From Candidatus Thiovulum karukerense (GTDB taxonomy: Bacteria; Campylobacterota; Campylobacteria; Campylobacterales; Thiovulaceae): a stretch of 64,000 nt of DNA. The notes beneath the pieces are model-generated. The model was given only the letters and a program-made list of their open reading frames with translations, had not been told where the DNA came from and did no database searches. The translations under genes and the position numbers were made by a program. Positions 18,770 to 28,791 of the stretch are shown one piece after another. The stretch's first letter is position 1. Each line of letters opens with the position of its first letter. The stretch spans positions 1,569-65,568 of the forward strand of contig JAMJTX010000134.1 in NCBI GenBank assembly GCA_024281215.1, in the 5' to 3' direction.

Positions 18770-20728
18770 CTACTTGCCCTTTTTCTCCTCTTTCAGCTCC
18801 TCAACCTCATCTTCAAAGATATGCTGTTGTCTTAAACTGATACCTTTCATATGTGAAATTGGGAATGCAAAAGCGATACCATCACCATGAGTTGTAATAT
18901 GGAGTCGGTGAATGACAGAGTGAAGAACTTTCTCAACAAGTCTCTCTGGAAGAATAAATAGAAGAATCGCATCATCTGCTTCATGAGGCATTCGATAGAA
19001 GTTATTCATCTCCATAAGACCAAGACCTTGACCGTCAAGAATTGTCACACCAGTTGCTCCACCATCTTTTGCAGCATGAATTGCATCTTCTTTCTTATCT
19101 TTAGGGATAATAACCACAACAGCACTAAATGCTAAATTCATAAGCAGTTGCTCTCCATCTATATTAATTGTTGGTAGGCTTGTATCATTAAAGTCCTCTT
19201 GATAGCTATCAGCTTTAGCCTGTCCTTCGTCCTCTTTCTCAATATCACTATCTGTTCGAGCATCAAGTTTTTCAGAGATTATTCCATAAACCATAACTGT
19301 AATCATTGGGAATAGAGAAGCAAAAGCGATAAGACCAAATCCATCAATCAGTGGGCTTCGTCCATCGATATTTGAAGCTAAACCGATACCGAGAGCAGCA
19401 ACAAGAGGAACTGTTACAGTTGAAGTTGTAACACCTCCACTATCATAAGCAATAGGGATAATATATTTTGGAGCTAAGAATGTTAGAGCAATAACAATCA
19501 TATATCCAACAATAATATAGTAGTGAAGGTGACCACCATCAACAATTCTGAATGCACCAAGTGCTATACCGATTGCAACTCCAAGAGCAACAAAGACCCT
19601 TAGCCAGAAGTCATTAATCTTTCCATCAGATATCTCTCTTGATTTCTTTGCAATCGCCATAAGAGCTGGTTCTGCCATTGTTGTAGAGAAACCGATAGCA
19701 AATGCAAATGTATAGATAAGAATTGTTTGACCTGTGTGAGTTAGCTGATATGCCATTGTCTCACCAAGTGAGAATAGACCAAGCTCTAACCCTAAGATAA
19801 AGGCATAGAGACCAATGATAACAAATATAAATCCAAAGATTACACTCTTAATATTGTGAATATTTTTCTTAATCACACCATATTGGAAGAATAGGATAAT
19901 TGCTAAAATAGGGATAATGTCTTTAACAACATTCAAGATACCATTAACAACAGTAGCTGTATCAAGTTGTAGAGCCTGTGATGCTTTAGCTTCGATAACA
20001 ACCTGTGCAACCTCTTTTGCTTCAACAAAGTTATATACAAATACACCATAAATCTGAACAAAAATCATAGGTGTTAGAGAAGCAAAAGCAATAAGACCAA
20101 ATCCATCAATAACAGGGTTTCGCCCTTTTATCGTTGAGGCAAGACCAATACCCAGAGCAGCAACCAATGGAACTGTTACGGTTGAAGTTGTGACACCTCC
20201 AAGGTCATAAGCTAAACCAACAATCTCATTAGGTGCAGCAAATGTTACAGATACAACTAATACATATCCAGCGATAATATAGTAGTGGATAGGGTGTCCC
20301 TTGATAATTCGGAAGACACCAAGAAGAATAGCAAAACCAACTGAACCAGCAACAACAAATCTAAGTGTACTGGCATCTATTCTACCGCTACTGATTGCCG
20401 CTGCCTTTTCGGCAATAACAACAAGAGCAGGTTCTGCAATCGTTGTACCAAAACCGATCATAAATCCAAAAAGAAGAGTCCAGTAGTTTGAGTTTTTAGT
20501 AGCAAACTCCTGTGCTAAGTTCTCCCCAACTGGAAATATGCCGACCTCGAGTCCCTGAAGAAAGATTGCAAGACCAAATCCTACAATCACTAAACCAATA
20601 GCTGTTGATACCCAACCCTCTGGAACAACTTGAATAATTGCAAGTTGAAAGAATAGAATAACAACAACAATAGGTAGCAAGTCTCTAAAAGACTCTCTAA
20701 GTAGTTTTAAAAAAAAGCTAAAATCCAC
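18770..20728 (-). CDS. Membrane protein with two DUF1538-like repeats fused to a C-terminal PII-like domain
   Basis: Two homologous halves each carry ..G(F)(G/S)TT(I/M)AEPAL..IA.K and YDLGGVTTSTVTVPLVAALGIGLAS / YDSGGVTTSTVTVPLVAALGIGLAS. The last ~110 aa align to the GlnB/PII fold (..GVTILDGQGLG...GDGIAFAFPISHMKGI). GTG start. Confidence 0.65.
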   Translation of the reverse strand: MDFSFFLKLLRESFRDLLPIVVVILFFQLAIIQVVPEGWVSTAIGLVIVGFGLAIFLQGLEVGIFPVGENLAQEFATKNSNYWTLLFGFMIGFGTTIAEPALVVIAEKAAAISSGRIDASTLRFVVAGSVGFAILLGVFRIIKGHPIHYYIIAGYVLVVSVTFAAPNEIVGLAYDLGGVTTSTVTVPLVAALGIGLASTIKGRNPVIDGFGLIAFASLTPMIFVQIYGVFVYNFVEAKEVAQVVIEAKASQALQLDTATVVNGILNVVKDIIPILAIILFFQYGVIKKNIHNIKSVIFGFIFVIIGLYAFILGLELGLFSLGETMAYQLTHTGQTILIYTFAFAIGFSTTMAEPALMAIAKKSREISDGKINDFWLRVFVALGVAIGIALGAFRIVDGGHLHYYIIVGYMIVIALTFLAPKYIIPIAYDSGGVTTSTVTVPLVAALGIGLASNIDGRSPLIDGFGLIAFASLFPMITVMVYGIISEKLDARTDSDIEKEDEGQAKADSYQEDFNDTSLPTINIDGEQLLMNLAFSAVVVIIPKDKKEDAIHAAKDGGATGVTILDGQGLGLMEMNNFYRMPHEADDAILLFILPERLVEKVLHSVIHRLHITTHGDGIAFAFPISHMKGISLRQQHIFEDEVEELKEEKKGK

Positions 20729-20818
20729 TTATATCCCTTATGCTAAAAATTTCTCAAATGATATTAGATTTTGTTCTATTAACCAAGAATTGCAGAGATT
20801 ATAAAAAATAAGTGTGTA

Positions 20819-20845
20819 GGAATGACCTTTATAACAAGGTCATTC
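20819..20845. repeat. Perfect hairpin GGAATGACC-N10-GGTCATTC preceding a family-2 motif
   Basis: 8-bp perfect stem located 14 nt upstream of TTGGATTCATATGATAAGC. Confidence 0.6.
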
Positions 20846-20859
20846 AAAAGTGAAGTCTC

Positions 20860-20886
20860 TTGGATTCATATGATAAGCGAATAATC
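20860..20886. repeat. Intergenic repeat family 2, copy A (TTGGATTCATATGATAAGCGAATAATC)
   Basis: 19 of 20 nt match 41980-41999. The ATAAGCGAATAAT tail is shared with 45264-45276. Confidence 0.7.
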
Positions 20887-20959
20887 AAAGTAAATGTATG
20901 ATTTTTAAGCACTGAATCAGTAACATGCTTTGTAATTTGTTCAAATCAAGGAATGTAGT

Positions 20960-22297
20960 TTGAAAATTGAGATTATCAAATCACAAAAACCAAAAACACT
21001 AAAAATATACTTTGTAAAAAAACTGGAGAGAGACTCCCTTTTTCTACCAGAGTCAAAAAAGTTATATATCAAAATTGAGAATAGTGATAGCGAAAGCTAC
21101 CGGTTAGCTGGTGGAAAGGCTATGAAAATTCTTGAGAATGAGGATTTCAAATCCGCTGTTGTTGAGTCATCAAAAGGGATTCAATATATCATAGAGGGAA
21201 TGCTTCTTGGCAGTTATAGATTTACAAAATATAAGAGTAAGCCAAAGAAATTCCCACTTGAACGACTCTTTATTCGAGCTGAATATGGGGTAGAAGATGC
21301 TATTAAACGAGCAACTACCATTGCAGAAGCTACGAACTTTACAAAAGATATTATCAACTCAATGCCAAATGAGATGACTCCTCAAAATGTATCTAAAGTG
21401 GCTGAAGAACTAGCCAAAGCTAATAATCTTGAATTCTCAGCTCTTCAAGTTAAAGATATGGAGAGAGAGAGAATGGAGGCATTTCTTGCCGTTGGTCGAG
21501 CAAGTTCTAACCCTCCAACTCTTGTTAAATTGGCATATCGACCAGCAAATTCAAAAAAGAGAGTTCTTCTTATTGGAAAAGGCTTGACTTATGATAGTGG
21601 TGGTCTTAGCCTAAAACCTGCAACAGCTATGACAACAATGAAATCTGATAAGAGTGGTGCTTCAGCAGTTATCGGTATTATGAAAGCTATTTCAGAATTA
21701 AAACTAGATGTTGAAGTGGTTGGGTTCTTAGGTCTTGCAGAAAATATGGTTGGTGGAAATGCCTATAAACCTGATGATATTCTCAGAGCTAAAAATGGGA
21801 AAACTATCGAGGTTAAAAATACTGATGCAGAGGGTCGTCTAGTCCTTGCTGATACTCTTGTTTATGCTCAAGAGAGTGAGCCAGAGTTTGACTACATTAT
21901 AGACATAGCAACTTTAACTGGTGCTGCTGTTATCTCTGTTGGTGAATTTACAACCCTTGCAATGGGACATAATGATAAGCTGAAAGAGAAGATGTTAAAA
22001 GCAGGTGAGAAGAGTGGTGAGCTTGTAACAACTCTACCGTTTAATAGATACTTAAAAGAGTTGATTGAAAGTAAAGTTGCTGACATCTCAAATACTGGTG
22101 CAACTCGATATGGTGGCTCATTGACTGCTGGACTCTTTTTAAGCGAGTTTATCAAAGAGGAGAATCACAATAAGTGGTTACACCTTGATATTGCAGGACC
22201 TGCTTATGTCGAGAGAGAGTGGGGATATAACCAGTTTGGTGCAAGTGGTGCAGGTGTCAGAATGGTGACTGAATTTATTGAGAGGTTAGGAAAATAG
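20960..22297 (+). CDS. pepA: Leucyl aminopeptidase (M17)
   Basis: GKGLTYDSGGLSLKP and NTDAEGRLVLAD motifs. Apparent TTG start with AAGGAA RBS. Confidence 0.9.
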   Translation: MKIEIIKSQKPKTLKIYFVKKLERDSLFLPESKKLYIKIENSDSESYRLAGGKAMKILENEDFKSAVVESSKGIQYIIEGMLLGSYRFTKYKSKPKKFPLERLFIRAEYGVEDAIKRATTIAEATNFTKDIINSMPNEMTPQNVSKVAEELAKANNLEFSALQVKDMERERMEAFLAVGRASSNPPTLVKLAYRPANSKKRVLLIGKGLTYDSGGLSLKPATAMTTMKSDKSGASAVIGIMKAISELKLDVEVVGFLGLAENMVGGNAYKPDDILRAKNGKTIEVKNTDAEGRLVLADTLVYAQESEPEFDYIIDIATLTGAAVISVGEFTTLAMGHNDKLKEKMLKAGEKSGELVTTLPFNRYLKELIESKVADISNTGATRYGGSLTAGLFLSEFIKEENHNKWLHLDIAGPAYVEREWGYNQFGASGAGVRMVTEFIERLGK

Positions 22298-22300
22298 ATT

Positions 22301-23418
<1,118 letters not shown>

Positions 23419-23537
23419 AAGTCTATTAATTTCTTTCACAATGTAGGGCGGAAGTTCCGTCCTCAAATCTAACTTTCTGAGTTTCGGTAAAATAACTTTT
23501 CAATCCTATTCTAGTACATCTCACTTTAAGGATCACC

Positions 23538-25247
23538 TTGTTAAATGTCTTAAAATATTTCTTACCATACCTCAAAGGGTATAAGAGAGAGTTTATATTT
23601 GTCATCTTTGGAATTATTGCAACAGCAGTAGCTACTGTCTTTACTGCTCATATTATTAAACCTATATTAGATGATATATTTATCGCCAAAGATGAAGATA
23701 TGCTCCATATCATTCCTCTATTTTTAGTCTTGATATATCTTATTAAAAGTGTAGGTAGATACTTTCAAGCCTATTTTACAGTGAAGATTGGTGAGTCAAT
23801 TGTTATGAGATTACGAAATGAGATGTTAGAGAAGATTCTATATTTTGATATGCAATATATTAACTCAATTAGAAGTGGAGAGTTGATAAGCCGGATTAAT
23901 GGTGATATTATGAGGGTTAGGTATATTGTCTCTGAGATGTTACCTGAACTATCTCGTGAAGTTGTTACAATCCTCGGACTTGTAGGGTATGTGATTTATC
24001 AAAATCCACTTTTAGCATTCTATACTCTTGTTATTCTTCCTGTTACATTTTACCCGCTCTCTATCTTGGCAAAAAAGATGAAATCTACATCAAAAGATTC
24101 TCAAGAGAAGAGTGCTGACCTTGTCTCAAAACTTAGCGAACTCTTTAATAGTATCGAGATTATTAAAGCAAACTCAACTGAAAAAGTGGAACTCGAGAGT
24201 TTTAAAAAAGAGAATCGAAGTCTATTCTTTATAACAATGAGAGGAACTAAGATTTTTAACTTTGTAAGTCCAATGATGGAGACATACAGCTCTCTATCTA
24301 TCGCTTTAGTTATTATCTTTGGGGGTCGAGCAGTTATCGATGGAGATATGAGTGTTGGTAGCTTTTTCGCTTTTTTAACAGCTGTTGGACTACTCTTTGA
24401 TCCAATCAAAAAGGTATCAGCAATCTTTAACAAAATGCAAGATGGAGTCTCTGCAACAGAACGAATTATTCAACTGCTAAGTGTGGAGCGAAAAATTATT
24501 GATGGAGATATTCAGGTTGAAAAGATAGAGAGATTAGAGTTTAAGGGGGTTTCATTCTCATTTGGAGATAAAAAGATAGTTGAAAATATCAATTTTCAAA
24601 TTCATCGAGGGGAGAGTATTGCACTTGTTGGAGATAGTGGAGGTGGTAAAAGTACCCTATTAAATCTCCTTTTGCGATTCTACGATCGAGAAAGTGGAAC
24701 AATAACTATAAATAGCCATAAAATTGAAGATTTAAAACTCGAGAGCTTTAGGAGAGAGATTGCAACAGTCTCACAGAGAGTCTATATCTTTAATGACTCC
24801 ATTCTTAACAATGTTGCTTATGGGGATAAGGTAGATCGTGATAGAGTAATAGAGGCTCTTAAGATAGCAGAAGCACTTGACTTTGTCGAAAAGATGGATA
24901 GAGGTGTAGATACAGAATTACAAGAGTTTGGGGCTAATCTTTCGGGAGGACAGAGACAGAGGATAGCTTTAGCACGGGCGATATATCGAAACTCATCTAT
25001 TTTAATTCTTGATGAGGCAACATCTGCACTTGATAATAGAGTTGAGATGAAAATTTTAGAGAACCTAAAACAGCATATCAAAGACAAGATAGTTATTACA
25101 GTTGCCCATAGGTTATCAACAGTGAGAGATGTTGATAGAATTCTATTAGTCTCAAATGGGCATATAGTAGCTGATGGGACTCATACAGATCTTCTTAAGT
25201 TTTCAGATGAGTATAAGAGACTAAATGGCAGTTTTGAGAGTGAGTAG
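23538..25247 (+). CDS. ABC exporter, fused permease/ATPase (MsbA-like)
   Basis: Six-TM N-terminal half; GDSGGGKST Walker A; LSGGQRQRIALARA signature; ILILDEATSALD Walker B. Confidence 0.85.
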   Translation: MLNVLKYFLPYLKGYKREFIFVIFGIIATAVATVFTAHIIKPILDDIFIAKDEDMLHIIPLFLVLIYLIKSVGRYFQAYFTVKIGESIVMRLRNEMLEKILYFDMQYINSIRSGELISRINGDIMRVRYIVSEMLPELSREVVTILGLVGYVIYQNPLLAFYTLVILPVTFYPLSILAKKMKSTSKDSQEKSADLVSKLSELFNSIEIIKANSTEKVELESFKKENRSLFFITMRGTKIFNFVSPMMETYSSLSIALVIIFGGRAVIDGDMSVGSFFAFLTAVGLLFDPIKKVSAIFNKMQDGVSATERIIQLLSVERKIIDGDIQVEKIERLEFKGVSFSFGDKKIVENINFQIHRGESIALVGDSGGGKSTLLNLLLRFYDRESGTITINSHKIEDLKLESFRREIATVSQRVYIFNDSILNNVAYGDKVDRDRVIEALKIAEALDFVEKMDRGVDTELQEFGANLSGGQRQRIALARAIYRNSSILILDEATSALDNRVEMKILENLKQHIKDKIVITVAHRLSTVRDVDRILLVSNGHIVADGTHTDLLKFSDEYKRLNGSFESE

Positions 25248-25260
25248 ATAGAGGTATTCG

Positions 25261-25352
25261 GGTCAAGCTCGAAAACAAAGTTGTTACAATATGACAAAAT
25301 AGTCTTATTGCCGTGCTTAACACGGTAACCTCGTATGGATTCACTCACTCCC
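25261..25352. repeat. Composite intergenic repeat (family 1 full copy + truncated family 2 motif)
   Basis: GGTCAAGCTCGAA..ATATGACAAAATAGTCTTATTGCCGTGCTTAACACGG matches 34435-34495 apart from a 14-nt insertion. It is followed by TGGATTCAC..ACTCCC, which matches 41981-42005 apart from a ~10-nt deletion. Confidence 0.7.
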
Positions 25353-25371
25353 ACATCATAAATAATCTCTT

Positions 25372-26655
25372 TTAAAGTTCTGACATAACTTTGTCAGCAA
25401 CTCTGATTGTCTCTTCAATCATCTCATCAGTTGTTGCTGTTGAGATAAATCCAGCCTCAAATTGAGAACAGGCGAGGTATACACCATTCTCTAGCATCTT
25501 TCCGTGGAATTTAGCAAATCTATCTGTATCAGACTTTAGAGCATCATCAAAATTTTTGACTCCATTCTCATTAAAGAAGAATCCAAACATTGAACCTCTG
25601 TAATCAGTCTGAAGAGGAATATTATATTTTCTAGCAACTTCGCTAAAGCCATCCATCAATCTCTTTGCACGAGCTTGTAGAGTTTTATAGATAGCTCCAT
25701 TTTTAAGAAGAATATCAAGCATCGCATTTCCTGCACTCATAGCGATAGGGTTTCCTGAGAGAGTTCCAGCCTGATATACTCCACCATTTGGTGAAAGGTG
25801 ATTCATAATATCCTCTCGACCACCAAAAGCACCAACAGGCATTCCACCCCCGATAACTTTTCCAAAGGTAATCATATCTGGAACAACTCCAACAACTCCT
25901 TGAGAACCTGTTAAACTAGCTCGGAAGCCACTCATAACCTCATCAAAAATAAGTAAAGCCCCATTTTGATGACAAAGTTCTTTCAGTTCAATAAGAAACT
26001 CTTTATCAGCAGGAACAAGTCCCATATTTCCAGCTATTGGCTCAATAATTACACAAGCGATATTATCACTCTCTTCAAAAGCCTTTTTTACACTCTCGAT
26101 AGAGTTGTATTTAACCAGAAGAGTATGGTCTGTAAAATCTTTTGGAACACCTGATGAACTAGGCTTCCCAAATGTTGTTGCACCACTTCCCGCTTGAACA
26201 AGGAGTGAGTCAGAGTGTCCGTGATAGTTCCCCTCAAATTTAACAATATTATCTTTTCCAGTAAATCCTCTAGCCAGTCGAATAGCACTCATAACAGCTT
26301 CAGTTCCAGAGCTAACAAATCGAACCATATCGATACCATCAAATAGATTAACAATCTTCTCTGCTAACTCTGTTTCAGCTAGAGTTGGAGCACCAAAAGA
26401 TAATCCTCTATCAACTGCACTCTTTACAGCATTCTGAATTCTCTCATCACTATGTCCAAGAATTAGAGGTCCCCAACTCTGAACATAATCGATATATCTA
26501 TTTCCATCAATGTCGATGAGGTATCCACCCTCACCCCGCTCAATAAACGGAGGAGTTCCACCAACACTATTAAATGCTCGAACAGGTGAATTTACACCCC
26601 CAACAATATACTTTTTTGCATCTTCAAAAGCTTCAACACTCTTCTCTATATTCAA
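25372..26655 (-). CDS. hemL: Glutamate-1-semialdehyde 2,1-aminomutase
   Basis: [10 protein letters not shown], class-III aminotransferase layout, [10 protein letters not shown] (PLP lysine). TTG start with strong AAGGAGAG RBS. Confidence 0.95.
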   Translation of the reverse strand: MNIEKSVEAFEDAKKYIVGGVNSPVRAFNSVGGTPPFIERGEGGYLIDIDGNRYIDYVQSWGPLILGHSDERIQNAVKSAVDRGLSFGAPTLAETELAEKIVNLFDGIDMVRFVSSGTEAVMSAIRLARGFTGKDNIVKFEGNYHGHSDSLLVQAGSGATTFGKPSSSGVPKDFTDHTLLVKYNSIESVKKAFEESDNIACVIIEPIAGNMGLVPADKEFLIELKELCHQNGALLIFDEVMSGFRASLTGSQGVVGVVPDMITFGKVIGGGMPVGAFGGREDIMNHLSPNGGVYQAGTLSGNPIAMSAGNAMLDILLKNGAIYKTLQARAKRLMDGFSEVARKYNIPLQTDYRGSMFGFFFNENGVKNFDDALKSDTDRFAKFHGKMLENGVYLACSQFEAGFISTATTDEMIEETIRVADKVMSEL

Positions 26656-26664
26656 CTTCTCTCC

Positions 26665-27798
26665 TTAACTCTCAATAATATGTTTAACAAACTCTGTAAA
26701 TATGTAGTTACTCTCGTGTGGTCCTGGACTCGCTTCAGGGTGGTGCTGAACTGAGAAGATAGGTCTATCTTTGTAGATTAAACCTTCAATCGTATCATCA
26801 AAAAGATTTTTATGAGTAACATCTGCAATTTCAACAATATTGTCAGGAACAGAGTAGTTATGGTTTTGAGAAGTGATCTCAACTGCACCTGTCTTTAAAT
26901 TTTTAACAGGGTGATTTCCACCGTGGTGTCCAAACTTAAGTTTCTCTGTTCTATATCCATTTGCAATAGATAGAAGTTGATGACCTAAACATATTCCAAA
27001 CATTGGAATATCTGCCTTAACTAATTTCTCAATCATCTCTGCCTCATTTGTCAGAACAAGAGGATCACCAGGACCATTTGAGAGGAATACACCTTTAATC
27101 TCACCAGAGCTATATTTCTGGAGAATGTACTCTACATCAATAGTGTTCGGAACAACTTCAACCTCTACTCCAGCCGTAACAAGTTCATTGAGGATATTTC
27201 TCTTGACTCCGAAATCGACAGCAATAATCTTTGCTTTCGGTTTATTTGGAACTTTATAATCAAACTTGGATATATCATAGTTGCCAAACTGATGAATATA
27301 GCTCTCTTTTGTTGAGACCTCGTCAATATAGTTAATATCCTCTATTCTTGGTGAGTTTTGTAGAATAGCTTTGAGCTTATCCTCTGTATGAAACTCAGTT
27401 GAAGCTACCATCATCATTGCACCATCTTTCCGAAGAGTCTTTGTTATGAATCGTGTATCAATCTCAGCAATTCCCATAACACCTTGCTCTTTCAGAAACT
27501 TACTTAGACTCTGCTCACCTCGAAAATTAGAGTATCTCTCATTATAACTTCTTACAAAAATTCCTTTAGAGAATGATTTTGCACTCTCCATATCTTGAAG
27601 ATTTGTCCCAACATTTCCTATCTCTGATGTTGTAAATGTTATAAACTGACCAGCATAACTTGGATCAGAGATAATCTCTTGATAACCTGTTAGAGATGTA
27701 TTAAAAACTATCTCACCAACTGAAGTTCCATCAGCTCCAAAGCTTTCACCCTCAAAAAAGAGTCCATTCTCTAAATATATTGAAACTCTATTCTCCAT
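26665..27798 (-). CDS. carA: Carbamoyl-phosphate synthase small (glutaminase) subunit
   Basis: GICLGHQLL catalytic Cys; HHGGNHPV; FSVQHHPEASPGPHE. Confidence 0.95.
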   Translation of the reverse strand: MENRVSIYLENGLFFEGESFGADGTSVGEIVFNTSLTGYQEIISDPSYAGQFITFTTSEIGNVGTNLQDMESAKSFSKGIFVRSYNERYSNFRGEQSLSKFLKEQGVMGIAEIDTRFITKTLRKDGAMMMVASTEFHTEDKLKAILQNSPRIEDINYIDEVSTKESYIHQFGNYDISKFDYKVPNKPKAKIIAVDFGVKRNILNELVTAGVEVEVVPNTIDVEYILQKYSSGEIKGVFLSNGPGDPLVLTNEAEMIEKLVKADIPMFGICLGHQLLSIANGYRTEKLKFGHHGGNHPVKNLKTGAVEITSQNHNYSVPDNIVEIADVTHKNLFDDTIEGLIYKDRPIFSVQHHPEASPGPHESNYIFTEFVKHIIES

Positions 27799-28349
27799 TA
27801 CATATTTCCCTTTGCTCTTAATTCATTCTCATATAGTTTTTGGAAAACAATCTGATACTCATCTGTACCAGGAATTAGTTTTCGTTTATAACTCTTGATT
27901 CGTTCTAAAACTCTATCTTCAACATTAAATCTATCATCTATGTAGTTTTCAATTGAGTCAAATATTAGACCTTTAACCTTTATCTCACTAACCTTAAACT
28001 CTATTAATTTACGAGCAATAAGCCCTTTCAATACCTGATAAGAGAGATGATTAAATCGATCTTCGTGAGAGATAAGAAAGTTATATTGTGGAGCAAGTTT
28101 CTTTTTAACCATTCTAAAAAGCTCTTTTTCATCAGCAAAGTTATACTCAATCTCAGCTTCATGCTCCTCCAACATCTCTCGAACTCGCTCTTCAAGAGCA
28201 TTCTCATTTTTTAGATCTGCTAACACAATCTCTTCAGTGGTCTCTATAACAGCATCAAGTCCTTTTGTCAGTTTGACAAAAGAGCTATTACTTAAATCTA
28301 TCGCCACCCTATTTGCAATATATCTACTGTGAGAAACCCCTATCTTCAA
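27798..28349 (-). CDS. Conserved hypothetical protein (possibly DUF507 family)
   Basis: 183 aa and helical/charged. Overlaps the carA start by 1 nt. TTG start with AGAGGA RBS. The family name is from memory only. Confidence 0.45.
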   Translation of the reverse strand: MKIGVSHSRYIANRVAIDLSNSSFVKLTKGLDAVIETTEEIVLADLKNENALEERVREMLEEHEAEIEYNFADEKELFRMVKKKLAPQYNFLISHEDRFNHLSYQVLKGLIARKLIEFKVSEIKVKGLIFDSIENYIDDRFNVEDRVLERIKSYKRKLIPGTDEYQIVFQKLYENELRAKGNM

Positions 28350-28791
28350 ATCAAATCCTCTATATCTTTTTCAATCAAGAATTATATAGTAAGAGTTTTT
28401 AATCGCAACCCTTGATTTTGAGAAGAGATATCAGGAGGTCTTTTTAGGTTCTTAATAATGCTTATATTCACACTAGTAAATTATTTTTTAACAAAAGAGA
28501 GGGGTTATATACTCCTGTACCTACCTCTATACTCTCCTTAACGGAATAAGATAGAATTGGTTTAGCAACTGTGTCGTAAAGCCTCGCCATTTGACGGGGA
28601 TATAAGGCACAAATTTTCTGTATAATTATAGACAAGATACCGTGGAAAGCACGGAAATTACACCTAGAATATATGAAATCTGTAGGGAAAGAGTTGTCTA
28701 TCAAATAAAAACCAAATCTTCTTCTATGAGCAGATTCAGGGCTAGGAAGCTTCGTCGTTCATGGCTGGGTACTTCATAAATAAAGGTAAAT

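Noticed and set aside
13082-20728. The idea that the accessory-looking block (lipoprotein, ParA-like gene, NSS, MipA, DUF1538) is a genomic island or prophage.
   Set aside because: There is no integrase, transposase, tRNA attachment site, flanking direct repeats or phage genes. The composition does not visibly differ from neighbouring housekeeping genes.
28468-28704. A 78-aa reverse-strand ORF in the long non-coding gap.
   Set aside because: It has no RBS, an odd composition, and overlaps hairpin-rich sequence. It is probably non-coding, though this cannot be fully excluded without expression data.
28350-28791. The possibility that the gap encodes RNase P RNA, tmRNA or SRP RNA.
   Set aside because: I searched by eye on both strands for universal motifs: GAGGAAAGTCC for RNase P, a GGGG.. 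5' end with a GGTTCGA..CCACCA 3' end for tmRNA, and the GGAA tetraloop with AGCAGC helix-8 context for SRP. None was present.
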